From: Methanosphaera stadtmanae
Lineage (GTDB): Archaea > Methanobacteriota > Methanobacteria > Methanobacteriales > Methanobacteriaceae
Assembly: GCA_015062805.1 (NCBI GenBank)
Contig: SUTQ01000011.1
Coordinates: 17,406 to 49,405 of the forward strand
DNA length: 32,000 bases
Reading direction: 5' to 3'
This document shows positions 31,748 to 32,000 of the stretch, piece by piece. The translations under genes and the position numbers were made by a program. Position 1 is the stretch's first letter. Every line of letters begins with the position of its first letter. The notes below the pieces were generated by a model. It worked only from the letters and a program-made list of their open reading frames with translations. It made no database searches and was not told the DNA's origin.

Positions 31748-31818
31748 CAAACTTTGAGTTTTAAATATTTTAGAAAATTAAAACTTATATAATAATATTA
31801 TTATAAAAAGGTGAACAA

Positions 31819-32000
31819 ATGGATCTTATAGAAAATTTAAAAGCAGCATTAAATGGCGAAGAAGTAGAAAAAACACCAGCAATCAGTGCAACTGCAGCAG
31901 CAGTTATTGATGCATTCCCTGGAGCAGAAGTATCCTGGCCATCAGCACACACAGATGCACAAGAAATGGCAAGATTAGGTATTTCTTTACACGAACAAGC
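31819..32000 (+). CDS. MtaA/MtbA-type methylcobamide:coenzyme M methyltransferase (uroporphyrinogen-decarboxylase fold), 5' part only
   Basis: MDLIENLKAALNGEEVEKTPAISATAAAVIDAFPGAEVSWPSAHTDAQEMARLGISLHEQ follows the MtaA N-terminal pattern (..AL.GE.VD..P......T....E.....WP.AHT.A..MA.L......). AAAGGTGA SD is present. It runs off the right edge. Confidence 0.7.
   Translation, partial: MDLIENLKAALNGEEVEKTPAISATAAAVIDAFPGAEVSWPSAHTDAQEMARLGISLHEQ

Overview
Strongly AT-rich, densely coding chromosomal segment with about 31 protein genes and one tRNA on both strands. It looks like a methanogenic archaeon, most consistent with Methanobacteriales (Methanosphaera/Methanobrevibacter-like). Supporting markers are F420-dependent methylene-H4MPT dehydrogenase (mtd), thiol:fumarate reductase flavoprotein (tfrA-like), an MtaA-type methyltransferase start, archaeal CTP-type riboflavin kinase, NucS/EndoMS, archaeal-type LeuRS, a rhodanese-less ThiI and a Get3-like ArsA ATPase. 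The remaining genes are housekeeping (hisB, hisG, nadE, gatA, an a,c-diamide synthase), a DNA-repair pair (metallophosphoesterase then Lhr-type helicase), and a small Wzx/Wzy/GT-B-like envelope glycan module. I saw no rRNA, CRISPR array, transposase, integrase, prophage or long repeat. Several ORF-track entries start too far upstream at the first possible start codon. I re-set those starts to internal ATGs that have clear Shine-Dalgarno-like GGAGG/GGTG motifs. One ORF missing from the track, a partial AraC-like gene at the left edge, was found by hand translation. Verdict: this reads as core genome, and I cannot point to a convincing new multi-gene system. The best leads are (i) a CobQ/CbiA-type amidotransferase with inverted domain order at 23940-25451, (ii) a translationally coupled ferredoxin plus MTH538-type TIR-like gene pair at 5822-6506, (iii) a tight VWA(CoxE-like)-ThiI-DUF3781 cluster, (iv) a membrane protein plus short GMC-like flavoprotein with an embedded Fe-S cysteine motif, and (v) the flippase/polymerase/GT-B trio. 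All functional calls rest on motif recognition by eye and recalled family knowledge. No database search was run.
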